Assembly (NCBI GenBank): GCA_973895155.1
Contig: OZ316891.1
Span: 14,167,037-14,231,036 of the forward strand
Direction of reading: 5' to 3'
From: Marsupella aquatica
Taxonomy: Eukaryota; Plantae; Marchantiophyta
DNA: 64,000 nucleotides
This document shows, piece by piece, positions 26,064 through 39,870 of the stretch (the first letter of the stretch is position 1; every line of letters begins with the position of its first letter). A model generated the notes under the pieces. The model was not told where the DNA came from. It made no database searches and saw only the letters and a program-made list of their open reading frames with translations. A program made the translations under genes and the position numbers.

Positions 26064-26256
26064 TTCTAGAGTAAAACCTCTAGACTGTAACTTTAGATAA
26101 AGACAAAACTAATAAAGACAAAACCAAAAGTGAAGTGCATACCAAAAACAGAGATTGGGGGCAAAGATGAAAGGGAAACTGCATAAATTTTTTGCAAGAC
26201 TTTTTTTTGTCTTATCTGTATTAATGTTCAAGCAATTGGAACTGGTAATCAGGATA
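26064..26256 (+). mobile_element. Hairpin-end family copy, diverged
   Basis: TCTAGAGTAAAACCTCTAGACTGTAA...ATAAAGACAAAA...TTTTGCAAGA...ATGTTCAAG..GGAACTGGTAATCAGG matches the family body and both ends. Confidence 0.6.
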
Positions 26257-26548
26257 GAAGAGCATAAGTGGGACATACTGTTTGGATGTAGGCCACACAA
26301 GTGACTACAAGCATAGGTTGGTTTTACATAGCACATGTGATAAGGAATAATGTTTGGATGTGTAGGTAGCTTCATAGCTTATATAACAAATATCAACAGA
26401 CTAGGCTCTGTTCCTTCACCCAACTTTGCATGGTCTAATATGTTATAGTTGGCATGCTATTAATGCCTATATTTATGGCATATTTGGGTATGTCTAGGGG
26501 CCAGGTAGGGACATACACACAGCTATAGACTACTTCTACTGGGCAGAT

Positions 26549-26893
26549 TGTTAGGAATTACTCTTAGGTCTAGAGTTGCGATTGTACCATAGTTAAGGGT
26601 AACCCTAGTCGCAGACTTGGTTAGGTTAGTCATGCTGTGCACACTCTATAACCAAGCGGTGTTTGCTTGGAGAGTGGGAACTCAGGCTCATTGTTACAGA
26701 GCTAGTTGAGAGATAGAGAGAACTTGCGCTGTGGATGCTTGGTATGGCCGGTCGGCCTAGAGTGTAGTAAAGCTCATGTGTGTTCCCGTGGACGTAGCCT
26801 CATGAGGAGGTGAACCACATATCTCTCTTTGTCGACTCTTGTGTATTGGATGGTTCATGGGCTTGCCGTTGTGATTATCGTCTTTGCTCAACA
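26549..26893 (+). mobile_element. Solo LTR (probably Copia-type)
   Basis: Begins TGTTAG and ends CAACA (TG..CA with short inverted termini). Contains a TATA-like CTATAA and CCCGTGGACGTAG...GAACCAC, a motif common in plant Copia LTRs. Flanked by CAGAT (26544-26548) and CATAT (26894-26898), a 4/5-matching TSD. Confidence 0.8.
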
Positions 26894-29800
26894 CATATAA
26901 GGTATAAGAGGAGGTATAGAGCAGTCCTATTCCTGTCTGGCAAAGCATCCATCTAGGTATGGACAAACCCCATACCTGCCTGGTCGAGTATGGTTTTATA
27001 GGCTTTATCTTTCCATTTCCATAGCACTGTGCCACTATACTATACCAGCCCAATACTAGTTTAAAAAAAAAATTCTACTTAATTTTTTTTTTGCAAGCAG
27101 CAAGGGGGCAAAGACCACCCAAACCAAGAGGACAAAAGGCACCGAGGGTGGTGGGGAGAGGCGCCCAACCCCACCGGGGGGGGGGGGGAATTACTCAGGT
27201 CATGAGAGCCTTCAAAAGAGCCATTGGAGAGCGGCCCTAACAAAAACCCAGTGTACATAATCAAAGTGTTCTCCTCGTGGTGACTGCTTTGAATTGGCAA
27301 GATGTGTTCAGGTGCAGCCATGGTATTAATTGTGCACTCTGGTTGGTAGCTCCTTTTAAAATCCAAGAAAAATTTATGAAAGAATGCCGGTGTGACATGA
27401 CAATGTGGCCCATAAGAAAGTGTGAATACCCTACATTAATAGCTCAGCACTTAGTAGAGAAATGTGCTTGAGTTTCTGAGATCCCAGGTCTAAAACTCAA
27501 GGATGTGACCTTGAAATACTTGGCTGTTTTGGTGGATGTGAACTTTTGGGGTCTCATGAAGTGTTTAATCGTTGTGGGGGCCCAAAAACCCAACTCATAG
27601 TGGCGGGAGTGGGGTTCCATGGCAGGCCCCTGTTTGGCCTATATGCTTCATATGAGTCTTGAGAGGATCTGTTTTTTTGTTACTGTGAAACTTTGTATAA
27701 GTGGATAATGGAAATTTGCTCCACAAGAAGTAGCAAAGTAATTGTTGGCCCCCAGATCTTGAGATGGGAGAAAGAGAGGGTGATTTTTAGTAAATTGGGA
27801 TATCACTACTGAGTGACTAATAATGAGCTCAGTCAGGGCCATGCACTAGCTCACACTTTCTTATATGCAATGCTGCTGTTGGATCATGCTGAGGATGGAG
27901 GGCCAAGGTCTCAGGAGTTTGAATTCATGAATAAGATTGAACAGATTCTTTTTCCTGTTTTTTCACTTAATATCCCATAGTTTCTGATGCAATGTTTACT
28001 AGATGTAGATCTCAGATGAACCTTTCTTTTGAGCCCTTGCTCACAGCCAATACTGGAGAGGGGGCGCCGGGACAGTTAGTGAAAATGTGACGGCTGTGGG
28101 GAGGGGCCGGATGATTGCGCATCCCATGGGTGAGGCTTGTGTACTTCAATGTGTGGTTTAATGTAGGAAGTGGATAAACCCTGGGATGTTGACATAATTA
28201 CCAGCTAGATGGGACTATTTTAGTAAAATGAGAATGATTTTCAATACTTTTTTAAGATTGAATAGGTAAATTCAGGGGATAAATTTTATGCAAATGATGC
28301 TCCTATGGACAGAGCTGGCGTACTATGCAAGCCCAGTGGATTGTAACATCTTATACATCTTCCCTTATTGAGACCCTTCTTGTTTCCAATCAGTTTTCAA
28401 CAACAAAGGTTAACCTTCAATGTCCCCAGCCAATGTCTCCCTTAATATACAATAGAACTGGCTCTTCTTGGGTTCTTTAGAAGCTACTGAAGAGTACTTT
28501 CTAGCCAGTCTAATATCTTTAGTTTTCACAAAGGATTGAGAGAATCACAAATATCTAAAGAATATTCTATCCAAGACTCCATCACTCACTGTCCACATTT
28601 GGCGTTTTAAAGCTTTGGAGCTGCTAAATTGACATTTATGACCTCTCTCTATACCAGCAGGAATCTGATTTTTTTGGGGTTTGTATGAAACTGCTTGGAA
28701 GATCTTTCAAATTTCATTGAGAATTGAGAGAAATAAAAATTTCCCAAGATGACTCTGTTTTCTTGCTACATTTCACTCATCTAACATGTACTACATGAGC
28801 AGAAAGAAGGGTGCGGCTGGCTGTCCATCCTGGTTGCAAAATTCTATCCTGGCATTTTGGCATGGAGGGATATCCTCGGTTCAATTTCTGAGATTGAACA
28901 TTCCCATTATTATAAGCATAAATCGATCCCACCTGGTGCAATGTATTGGGTCCCGTTTAGCCACGTCTTCTTACGTATGAACGTTTCCAGTACACCTTAA
29001 AGGCAGAAATCAAGGATACCAATAAAATAATTTGCAACTGCTCCACAATCATTCTAAGGGGGGCCACTCCACCCCACTCCAGAGACCCCACCATTGCCTG
29101 GCTCGGCTCAATGTCGCTGCAGGAGTCGTGAGCTGCAGGAGTCATTCAATGTCGCCGTAGGAGTCATGAGCTGCAGGAGCCATGAGTCCCAGAAATATGC
29201 TAGCACCACAATCATAAAAATCATAGAAAATATGTTACCCTATGTGCCTGCAGACAAAGACTTTTTTTACTTTGATTTGGCAGACACAAGTATTGAACAT
29301 TCATTTCAAAGATATTGGATGTCGGCAATCTCCAGTCAAAGAATATGAGTGTCGATGAATTGTGTAACAAGCACTGAAAACACTCAATCCATTTGCGCAG
29401 CAATCTCTCGGCAGAGAATTATGTTAGAGAAAGCACTCAATCCGAGTCCGCCACAAATCTCTCGTCAAAGAAACTTGAACTATCGTCAATGATTTACGTA
29501 TTAGAAGCAGCACTCAAATGAATCTCGATGCGCAGCTTACTAACGGACGATCTCTCCTTGAAAAAAACGAGAAAGCAATCAATTTCACCGACGCCGAGCA
29601 TTTAGTTTTTAGTTTTTAGAGGCATCATTGAACCTCCGTGCATTCCTGAAAATCTGTGCAATGCAAAACACACTCAGTCTTAACACCATCGGAGTGCTTC
29701 CATGAGCATCTAGAAATGGACTGGTCACAATCCTCGTGAGGTCCCTTTTTACGTCGCTCCGAAGAGTCCTGCAATCGTATGTAGCAATTCAAACTATCGA

Positions 29801-31933
29801 CGACCTCCCTTCCATTTATCGTACGGGAAGCCAGGAGAGAACTATCTTGTCGGGCATCGTCCCGCTGTGCGAGCTGCCCTGACTGGTTGTATGTGCAGGC
29901 TGCCCTCGTTGTATGCTGTACTTGTTGAATGGGATGCAAGAAATTTTTTCAAGGCAGAGGAACTATCGATTCAGTGGCTGCCCGCGTAGTAGCCTGTACT
30001 CGATGAATGGGATTCAAGACTTTCACGGCAAAGGGAACTATCAACTCCCTGCATGGGGCTCGGTGGTAGCAACGAGTACCTTAAAACAGACACGGAGGCA
30101 ACGATTGAGTGCACCATGTGAACAGCTCTGGTCGTAAAGTGTTCATGGGACGACATTCATTTTCCGTGACATGAAGTTAAGATTCAGACTATAATTTTGG
30201 AGGAGCAGGCCGGTGTCTGGTTGGATTTGCTTTTGTGGCTCGTCTCGTTTTTTCGGGGCCCGGCTTGTTTCCTGTCTTGTGTTTTACTTGCTAGTATAAC
30301 GTGCTTTCGAGACGAGAATTTCGGAGGCAACACAACGCAAAGGAGTCGTAGCAGTTCTGCAATTGATCGGCGTAGCTTCCACGAAATGGGCTACTCATTT
30401 GCTGAGAGTGAAACGTTGGCACTGACAAGTACCGTGTAATCCTACTACACTTATCCAAATGGTCAGAGAAGAGTAGCCTTAAGTTCAGTCCTATGAATCG
30501 GAATACGGTAAACAGAGCGTTAACACATGGAATTCTGCCGACACAAAAAGACAAATTGGGGAATAAAAAAATAGAAACCCCACACCCCACACCCGGCACA
30601 CCGTCTGGTCGATTGCAAAGATGCAGACGACCAGTAGACTAGCTGTAGCAGGAGAAAAACTCACCAATGGCCAATGGGCACGTAGACTTGTTAAAGCAAA
30701 CGCCATTAAGTTTCTCTACGTCAACCACTCGCCCCGAAGGCAATCCACCAAGCACAGACAAAGACAATGAAGAACAGAGGTGACTCCAACACAATAGATT
30801 TCCTTTAAAAAAGAATTATAGTAAAAATTGTACACTCAAAATTGCTGGCTGCACACTCAAAATTGCAAGTGGGCAAAGGGGAGAGCCACAATTCGAAGGA
30901 TTGGATCCAAAGGATCTCTTTATGCTCAGAGCCCAAAGCGAAGAAGCTCTACTGTACTCAATACCGAGGGTAGGTATTCCCACCCTGAAGTTGTTGCGGC
31001 CCCAGGTGCACTTTATCTAAGATATATTGACAGATCTACAAAGAAACCTTATCTAACTACTGTAGTCACTCTACAAGGAATATTTGAAAACAGACAAACA
31101 CGAAAGATCAAAATCGTTTGCTGAAGTAAGCCCGGTCTAGGATTAGGGGTAACATGACGGGTAATCCTTTCCTTCGTATCCGGAAAGTTAGACCATCTCC
31201 AAGCTCAGCTGGACAATTATGTGAAGTAGCTGCTACTGTAGGTTGCTCTCGTGGAATCCTCCCTCCCAAGATCCACCGGATTAGCCAAGAACTATTCAAA
31301 TCACCAGAAGCCATATTAGGAGTTATCCCCGGCCCTCCACATCCACAGTACATCTAACTTGTTCTTCTCTCGAATTCATAGCTGCACAGCGTCCACCTCG
31401 ACAACTCTTCGTCGAACAGGATGCTTTCCAACAAATTTGTCAGGCCAGACAAGTTGAACTCCAGGAACCTAACCCCACCAGCTCCGAGTTGAACAAGAGA
31501 CCTCCAAAAGCTGGTTGGCGAGAACGTTGGCTGTTGCACCGAACCGAATCATATTATCGCATGTGGACGACTCTGGAACTTCCTGTTTCAGCTCTCCCTC
31601 CCTCCCTCCCTCCCTCCGTTCCCAAGAATAATGATAAATATATAACCTTGTCGCAGTCCAAAATTTATCTGTATGATAATAATATCAGGGCCAGTCCTGA
31701 TAAAGTTTACACACATCGGCTATTCCCGTAAGGACACTGGATATAGCTACTAAGTCGTACTATGGCAGTACATATTATGATACAGTTGTAGATAGGATGT
31801 TAAATAGTGCTGCTACAGCTGCTGCACAAACAACTGCAGCAAGAAAGAAACGGTCTAGACCACGGCCATCTGTTTGGATAAAAGCCCCAGCTTGGTGACG
31901 GTGGAGGGCAGCGACTGCCACTTGTTCTTGCAA

Positions 31934-34083
31934 CTATTGAGCCTTCAGCGCCCCCACTTGCTCCTTTAGCAGCCCTGCTGGTGACTCTTTTAAAATCGAC
32001 ACGAGCCCTCCTACTTTCCCTGCAGCCGCTTTTTGGGTGGACGTTCTTGGGATCACCGAAGGGGGTTCCCACTCCGCCACGGTGAGGTCACTGTCCCCAG
32101 CTGCAGCTGAATAGTCGCTACCAAGCCCTATCAATCCCATTAGATTAGCTCCTCGCACCTTTCCCTCGGGCTCAGGAGCTTGCGACTTCATCATCTGCTG
32201 AGGCAATCCCTTCGCCGATATCTTATCAAGATATTTCTCTGCAGTACACTCTTTCAGAGCCATCTTCAGATCTGCTGCCTTGACGTAGCACTTCTCCATG
32301 TCGGTGGTGAACTTTGAATCCCACCCAGAGCTCCGCAGGGCGATCTGCCCAATATCAATCCCGTCAGGAGATATGGCAGAGCTAGACGATGCTCCGTTCG
32401 TGGTCCTCCGATAAGCGGAGAACCATTTAGCTCTGATGTAGTCTGGCTTCCTCCAGGGTGGAAGATGTAAACCTTTCTTCTTGAGAGATCGTTTCGCAGA
32501 GTCGCACATGATATTCACAATTTGTTGCAGACGGTCGGACTTGCCCACGTAGATGGAAGGCAGCGACTGCAGCAGTGCACTGTAGAGGCTGGTCGGCCGG
32601 GCGATTTCAAACTGGGCCTTGAAATCGACATCCACGAGAATCCTCTCCCTCCTACCGGCAATATCCACTATCACGTCAATGTACTCGTAATCACCTGAAA
32701 CAAAAGCATGTAGATAACAACGTCAGCTTCGGGGCCAAACCAAGTTGCAGCATGAAGACATCGCCCAGAATAGGCAAGGAAACATGAATAACAGACCTTG
32801 CCAACTCAACATACCAACCATGGGATTAAATCCTATATCTTTTGAGCCCTACGACGAAAGCTTTAGTTAGACATCTGGACTCTTGGGTCGACGGAGCAAT
32901 TAGCCGAAGCTAAAACAAGGAGAATGCATTCTAAATTATTACCTCCAGGAAAACCACCGGCGTGTTCCCATCTTGATTTGCAAATAGCGGCATTGTAACC
33001 AGAGGATCGAAGAGCGCTCATCACGGAGCGTCTAGTGGATGGGCTCCGAGACGATGCCCGACCCTTCTCTCCATCGTCAGACTCGGAACCATCGTACTTC
33101 ATTTCCAGCGCCGTCAATGCGAAGCTCACCGACGCTAAAATCATCTTCTCACACGGGCTCACGCAGTTAACCAAGCCCTGCATTCATCCGACCAGTTGCT
33201 GGTCAGCTCCCAGAAGGAGAAAGACATCCAGTGACCTATAACACCCGGTGCATGCACAACGAAGAATTTAAAAAAAAAAACGAATCGTAGGCGTCAAATT
33301 TCAAGGATCCAGATCACTAAGAACGAGCTGCATGTGGAATTTCGAAACAATTTATAGATCAACTAGAACTTGGAAAGCTCAGTAACGCAGATTTTTGAAA
33401 AGAGTAAACAAAATTTTCGTTACCTGCAAAACCTCCGAAATCTCTCCTCCCAAACTGGAATCGTCATTCTCCTTCACAGCAGAGAGGTCTCCGCTGGAGC
33501 AGCTATTGCCACAATTGCAGCGAGTTCGCCCGCATTTGCTCACTTCCAAATCATGATCCGCAATGTAGTCGTATACCATTTCTGCTAAGCAAACGGAATT
33601 GGGCTCGTGCTCGCTGCCGCTGCTGCTGTAATCAACTCCTCCCATCCTTTGGGTAATGTCGACGCCAAATTGCTTCTGGCTGGCTGCTGCTCCTGCAGCA
33701 GCATTTCCATTGAGAGGATCTGTTACCTGCTTGGTGATGGTGGCACCAGCAGAGATCTTGCCTGCTGCTGGAGTCATTGCTAGCTGCTTCTGGGCTTGAG
33801 CAGGCGCTACATGCTGCTGCTGCGAATGTTGACGAAAATGATGATGGGCGGGCTGAAGGTGAGGAGGAGCAGCAGGTGCCGCAGGTCCATCACGATGGAG
33901 AGCCGGAGCTTTCAGGACTCTTGCTCGAGAAAATGCAGGGGATGCCCTCCCGTGTCCCTGAGCCCGGCCGTCATCTCGCCCTTTCTCTGCCCTAGCAGCG
34001 CTCACTGCTGCAGTTTTGGCAGCAGCGCTCTTGGCAGCCTTCGTACCAGAGGTCAGAGGTCGAAGAGTCAGGAGCCCTGGCAT
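31934..34083 (-). CDS. DUF506 family protein (plant PD-(D/E)xK-like domain); 3 coding exons
   Basis: Exons 34083-33424, 33177-32943 and 32694-31934 (GT-AG). Motifs: SGSEHEPNSVCLAEMV, LRSSGYNAAICKSRW, PG/GDYEYIDV, RILVDVDFKAQFEIARPT, SLKKKGLHLPPWRKPDYIRAKW. The start at MPGLL (34083) is the first in-frame ATG. Confidence 0.93.
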
Positions 34084-36321
34084 CTTCGTATGCAAGTATC
34101 CAAGACCTTCACGAATGTATCCACCGCGAAAAATTATTGAAACGCCCTTCAGATATTGAGAACCATTAAATAAACACCCCGCAAATCCGTAAAAATCTCG
34201 CTCGTTACAATGGATCCGACGCAGATTGTGACTCGAAGGACTTGAAACAGAATTGATCCACGCTGCAAGAACCGTCGTGAAGAATATCGAACTCCAAAGC
34301 CGCAAAATCTATCACATTCCAAAAGAAAGCGCGAGACGAACAATCCTCTCCGAATTCTCACGAAAGCTTCTCACGGTCCATCCTCGTCTCGTTTTCCAAT
34401 CTCCCAAGTCCAGACTCCGGTCGAGCAGTCTCGCCAGTGCGTACGCTGATCGCACTCTCCCGATGAGCAACAGTGAGCGTTACAGTGGTCGGTCTGAGAC
34501 ACATACTAGAGAATGATGGACATAGAGAATTGAGAGTCGCGAAATTTCTGGAGACTTCTTCAGTGAATGAATGAGCAGGCCCAATAATTATATCCTAGCG
34601 TCCGTAAGTCTTTTTGCTTGCGCAATGTACCGGAGTGAGTACGTAGTGATGGATTGCAGGAGGAGTTTCAAGTTTGGAAGGGGTGGAGCGATGGAATGGA
34701 GTTTTCGACGAAGGATTTTAACGAGAGCGTTGCCTGCCTCCCTGCCTCCCTACAGACGTGGGCCCTGACCGCCTCCCCGACCTGGTAGAGTAGGTTGGCC
34801 TTGCCTGGCCTTGCCTGGCCTTGTCTTGCCCTGGCCTGCCCTTACCGCTAACGACGCCACCGTGCGCCTGTTCCGTTCTGTTCTGTTCCGTCCCGTTTAA
34901 GGACACCCCCGATGACCCCCAGAGACGGGCGACCGGTACCGGCCCCCCAACCCCCAACCCCCAAACCCCCACCCGCTAGTATACCAGCCGTACCGTCGAC
35001 ATGAAGATCGGTATGTACTGGACACCTATTATCCGCCGGATATCCCATGTACAGACACGACAGCATTGATTTTCGCCATGTTGGAAGTGGTGTGTTTCTT
35101 GTTTGCGGTGCGAGCTTGATCTTATCTTCGCTACGACCACTTCACGAAAAGGACGCGCGAGACCGATGGGAGTCTGGAATTCTGGATCTCGAGAAGGCAG
35201 TCTTTTCGAGAAGACGCAAATTGCCCGTATTTGTAGAGTGTAATGGATGAGGCCGTAGACCGGCAAACTAGGATAGGACCCGGCGAACGATTACCCCATG
35301 CTGGGAACAGCTGAACGCAGATAACGCTTGTCGTAACCCGCGCTTGACAGGCATTCGCTCACCTACGGTTAACTGGAGCAGGTGCTGATCGTCGTCAATC
35401 TTACGTACGGACGGCCACGATTGAGGTATCTACGGAATATTTCTCATATATATGCTCTTCGCATAAGGAATGTTCGAAGTCATTCGACACCACGTGACGG
35501 GCCGTTGCAGGCCCGCGACCCTCGCCATGGGCCTCCTTCAAGACCGCAACATCCACCCAAGGTCACACGGCGCCAGACGAGGAAGGCCTTTGTGTTCTTG
35601 GGTCTGGCCAGTGCCGTTCGCCCGCCTCGTTTGCTCATCTTGCCCACACCAAGAAGAACGGATAGGCTGACCTGACAACAACAGAATATTGTAGATTTCG
35701 ATTTTCCAGTTTGACATAACATAGGTGTACCCAACACTAGGACGTCTTCACAGTTGCGCATAATGGCTTTCGGCAATAAACAAACAATGTTACTATAGTT
35801 TTTGGACAGGGTGTGTAAAAATTTTGAATTTTTTTCACTTATGGTAATGGTATGTGACCAATCTACATGACAAAAAGTTGTCGATCATTAATTTGGCAAT
35901 TCATAGGTTTTCTCTGTAATACCCTTAACTACTATGTTAAGGTCCATCAAAATTTGAGGTTTGAGACCCCATAATGGGGCCACATGAGGACTGTTTTCTA
36001 GGTGCGGAATGAGGGAAATAGAACAGAGGCTTAAAGTGCCAGAAGGTCTTTGAGATACGCTTTGCTGTAAGTATGCCACACACAGATTGGAAACTAAATG
36101 AGATTTTGAGAATAAGACAAACTTTGAGTTTACAGCAGTGCCCCACTAGATCAATTAGACTTTCTTAAGTAATACTGTTACTCATCTTTTGGGCGTAAAA
36201 GCACTAATCACTTGTTATTCAGTTACTTGACAGTATAACTCTAATTCATGCAAAACCTTCATCTCCTCTTTTCCCCTTCCATTCCGTACTAGCCACCACC
36301 CTACCCTAAAGCATGGGTCCT

Positions 36322-36450
36322 GGTAACTGCACATCAAAATGTGACATATAAGATGAACAACATCACTCCAAAGCATGATAAAATTTGTTATTTTTTTTTA
36401 AAATTAATGAGTGCACACTGTAGATTATCACATTTTGAAGTGTGATTATC
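36322..36450. mobile_element. MITE-like element, ~130 bp (family with 48757-48882)
   Basis: Imperfect TIRs GGTAACTGCACATCAAAATGTG ... CACATTTTGAAGTGTGATTATC. The internal sequence aligns with the copy at 48757, and a lone TIR occurs at 45910-45930. Confidence 0.7.
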
Positions 36451-36717
36451 TGCAGGGATAAAGCATAGCAGGTACTTCCGGCCAATTTTGAGGAATTAAG
36501 TTTTTCGTGAGGATCATTCATAGCAGTTGAATGCAAATAGACAATAGGCATCGCTAAATATTTTTCAACCTCGTTTTCAACAGGTTTCCAGATTTTGCCG
36601 GTCTGGATTTCTCTACAAAACTGCTGGATTTGAGGCACATTTCGATACTGTCTTACTCAGGGCCGCCAATATGGGCTGTTGCTTCTACTAGTGGGAAATT
36701 TGCACTCGATTCCTCCC

Positions 36718-36831
36718 GTTGTGTCGTTGCTAAATTTCCCGAATCAGGTGTAGTGCTGACTGTAATACGGAGGGTTGTGTCGTTGCTAAATTTCCTGAAT
36801 CAGGTGCAGTGCTGACTGTAAATACGGAGGG
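36718..36831. repeat. Tandem duplication, ~56 bp x 2
   Basis: GTTGTGTCGTTGCTAAATTTCC.GAATCAGGTG.AGTGCTGACTGTAA(A)TACGGAGG occurs twice. Confidence 0.9.
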
Positions 36832-39479
36832 TGCTGATCTCCTCGATGTTTTATTGAATGTAAGCTTACTGGTAAATTATGGAGTCTACGGTGGTGTGTC
36901 TGGACTCCTCTACAGTGCTTCCCGAACGTTCTCCCCAAACCGCGAGACTCCTCGAATCGCGAGATCCGGGAATAAATATTAAATCCTCACATGAAAAACT
37001 ACTCGAGTGTTTCGATTCAGGACTTGACGGTGAGAGCCCCCACAGTTCACCATTCTCCCTGGGCGCGCGCTCTGTCCGCCAATTGGGAGAGTTCCGTATA
37101 TTCTTTAATTCCGTGAAATCCTTGATGCAGTCTACCGTAGGCAGGCACGACAAGCCACCTTTATGAACTTTGTGCAGTTGTGCGTAACATTCGTGGGATA
37201 TCCTTCGAGCCACGGTACAGGTCCTCCGGTCCGGCACTTCGAATTCCCAAACCAACAGAACCCTTCGATGCTGAGCACTTTGGCAGCATATTCGGCAACT
37301 CTCTGAATTTTGAAGTAAGGAAAAGTACCGACAGGATGATTATGGGGCATTTGCCTTTCTGTGGTGCTGAGAGGTTCAATTTCACTATTACTACCAACTC
37401 CTGTGGGCTGGATCCGGGGGTGGAATTGCGTCTCCAAGAAGACGGTCCAGTCTTTGAGACGCTAGTCATACTGACCTCGGCATAGCCGGGTGCACGGCTG
37501 CTTGTCTGGGACAGGTTTCTGTCCGTTCCTTCAGGAAAGCTTTTTACTGGGGTTTCTTCAACCTCTATTTAATGATGTAGCTTCAACTCAACTACAGTAG
37601 GAGGGCTTACTGCCTAAAGAAGTAAAGATGTTCCAGGATTGAGGTTGGCTGAGTGGAGCAGTTAGTCGGATAGATGAGGCTGACGTGCGCTATGCTCGCA
37701 CTTTGATTAGGTTGCTGAAATCTCACTGATGATACCTCTTTATGTCATCCTCACATTTCCAAGAGTGATGAGGCGGCTTTGAGGTATTTGCTTGATGAAC
37801 CCCAAACCAAACTTCTCCCCAACCAACGCCATGAGGTTTTGGGCACGTCCATTTTAGATCTATCAAGGTAAGGTCTGGATCAGGGCAGGGGTCCCATCAA
37901 ATAACCCTTGAGCATTTTGGGGTCCATTGAGCATATACCTCATAGGCTTTTGCTTATTTGATTTTCCCTTGGAATTTCTTGAGGATGAATCTTTGTCCTT
38001 TTTCCTAAGAAACTGCCCCTAGAGCCCTGGCTGTGAATGAAACAGCTTGCATTGTCTCAATTACAAGCTGTACTACTTACTATAGTACAATATTGGACCA
38101 AAGTTCATGGGAAACTAATTTATTACTCCTGGTTGGATCCCCACATTGTTGCTCATTCTTGTGCCTTGCCCATTGTGCACAAAAGGTGAAGACATGAGGG
38201 TGCATTCTTCAGGTTTCTGAATGCTAGCTACTGATACACAGTAGTTGTCCCAACAAACCTAGCCCAGGAGTAGCAATCCTCATTGCAATAAGTGAGGCTC
38301 TAAACTCAAGCTCCATGAGTTGACCAGTTTTTGCATAAACCTATGTCTTCACCAAAGCCCTCTGCGCACTATTTTTAAAAAAAATTAGAAAAACTGAACG
38401 GCACTTTCTTATGACCTAAATGAAAATGGGTAAATTGGCAACATCTATGAGAGGTGCCCTAAGGGTTGTACTAAATGAGTTTTCCAGGAATCATAAACCT
38501 GAACACAATACACCCTAGTATAAAACCTCAACTGGAAATTTCTTCATTGTTTGGACAAAGTTGTGAGATGAAGAGAAGTCAAGTGACTGGACTGAAAAGT
38601 CTCAAGCCATACACAGGTAAGGTAGCTATTGGTGGGGTAACTGGAAAAGTAGAACGAGGGTCCACTCAGAACAAAGGGGCTTAGTGTAGAGTAGGGACGG
38701 GAGATGGATGTGGTCAGTGTGACCAAGCCCTTTGTAGCTAACCTTGCTATTTTGGCTCCAAATGAGTTTACAATGAATTAAGGTATGGAAGGCACACAAA
38801 GGAAGGTGGACAAGGCCAAGAAAACGAGAAGGTTCTTTAGAAATTCGTTTTGCAAGATCATACACATTCTGGCATGGGCGCCCACACTCCACTATGGTTG
38901 ATTTGAGAGATGGGAAGGAAATGACACTTTGCTACCGTATACTGTTTAAGGTCACTTTATAATTAGCCAGAGCAGTAACTGCATTGTGACTACACGCAGC
39001 ATTCCTTGTCAGTCCAAAGACGGCAAATATAATCCTGCATGAGGACACGTAAAGAAAATTGTATGCAGTATCTTAACTGGAATGATACTCTAATTTTTGC
39101 ATCATGACTGACTACGTAGTATGTATTAATTCATCATTCTTGCTGTTATCCGTCTCTAGCCTGCGCTCTTCTTTATGCAACGCCGTTATTTGGCTTATCA
39201 TCATTTCTACTCATAATTAGGCAGCAAGCACCTCAGCCCGGTTTAAAAGTATATTCGTCTAAGGTGCCAGACAGCCAGCAGCCGCAGATTCGCTGAAGTA
39301 CTGAAGCAAATTAGTGGTACTAATAATGAGACTGCATTGACCAGCAACCGATAACCTTATGATTGGAATTTGACGACATTATATCTTCATTCAAAAGGAG
39401 TCATTGAATCGACTATACTTTCCTTACTATATAGTTCAAAAGGTAGTTTTGGAAAATGATGTCCTCATCCAAAACGACT

Positions 39480-39870
39480 CTTTCTTTGTTTTTTCTTTGC
39501 TTTTTTTCTGTTTTTCTGTTTAGGGGAAGAAGATGGGAAATCCTGCCCCAGACAAGCAGTCTGCAACCGTCCACAAGCTTAGGCGGGGAGAAACCATCAA
39601 AGTATATAACAAAGAAACCAAAGATAATTACAAACGGCCCCAACGTACATTAGCAACAGTGTCACTAACAATAGGTCCAACTGGATGCAACACTCCCCCA
39701 TCCAGCAGTAGCTGACTACTGTAGGCATAGACCCAAGCTGGTCTCTTGTTGATGGCTTGGCTTGCCCCAGGCTGCTCTGGTGGTGCTAAGGCTCCACCGC
39801 TTTGCTTCTCTTGGTTAGCCTTTTCTTTGTTCAAGCAAAAGGCCAAACCAAGAGTAGAATCTTGCTTAGG
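39480..39870 (-). mobile_element. Possible 3' fragment of an old LINE
   Basis: Minus-strand frame ends ...VANVRWGRL-stop (39628), followed by a short T/G-rich UTR-like stretch and an A-rich tract. No RT motif is visible. Confidence 0.25.

Noticed and set aside
24868-34083. Functional link between the RLE element and the DUF506 gene (both PD-(D/E)xK-like)
   Set aside because: No sequence similarity between them; proximity of a dispersed TE copy to a conserved host gene is most simply chance.
33379-34305. ORF-track 308-aa protein starting at 34305
   Set aside because: It starts at a non-ATG codon and runs into an intron; the true exon is probably 34083-33424. I found no recognisable conserved-peptide uORF upstream, although some angiosperm DUF506 genes have one.
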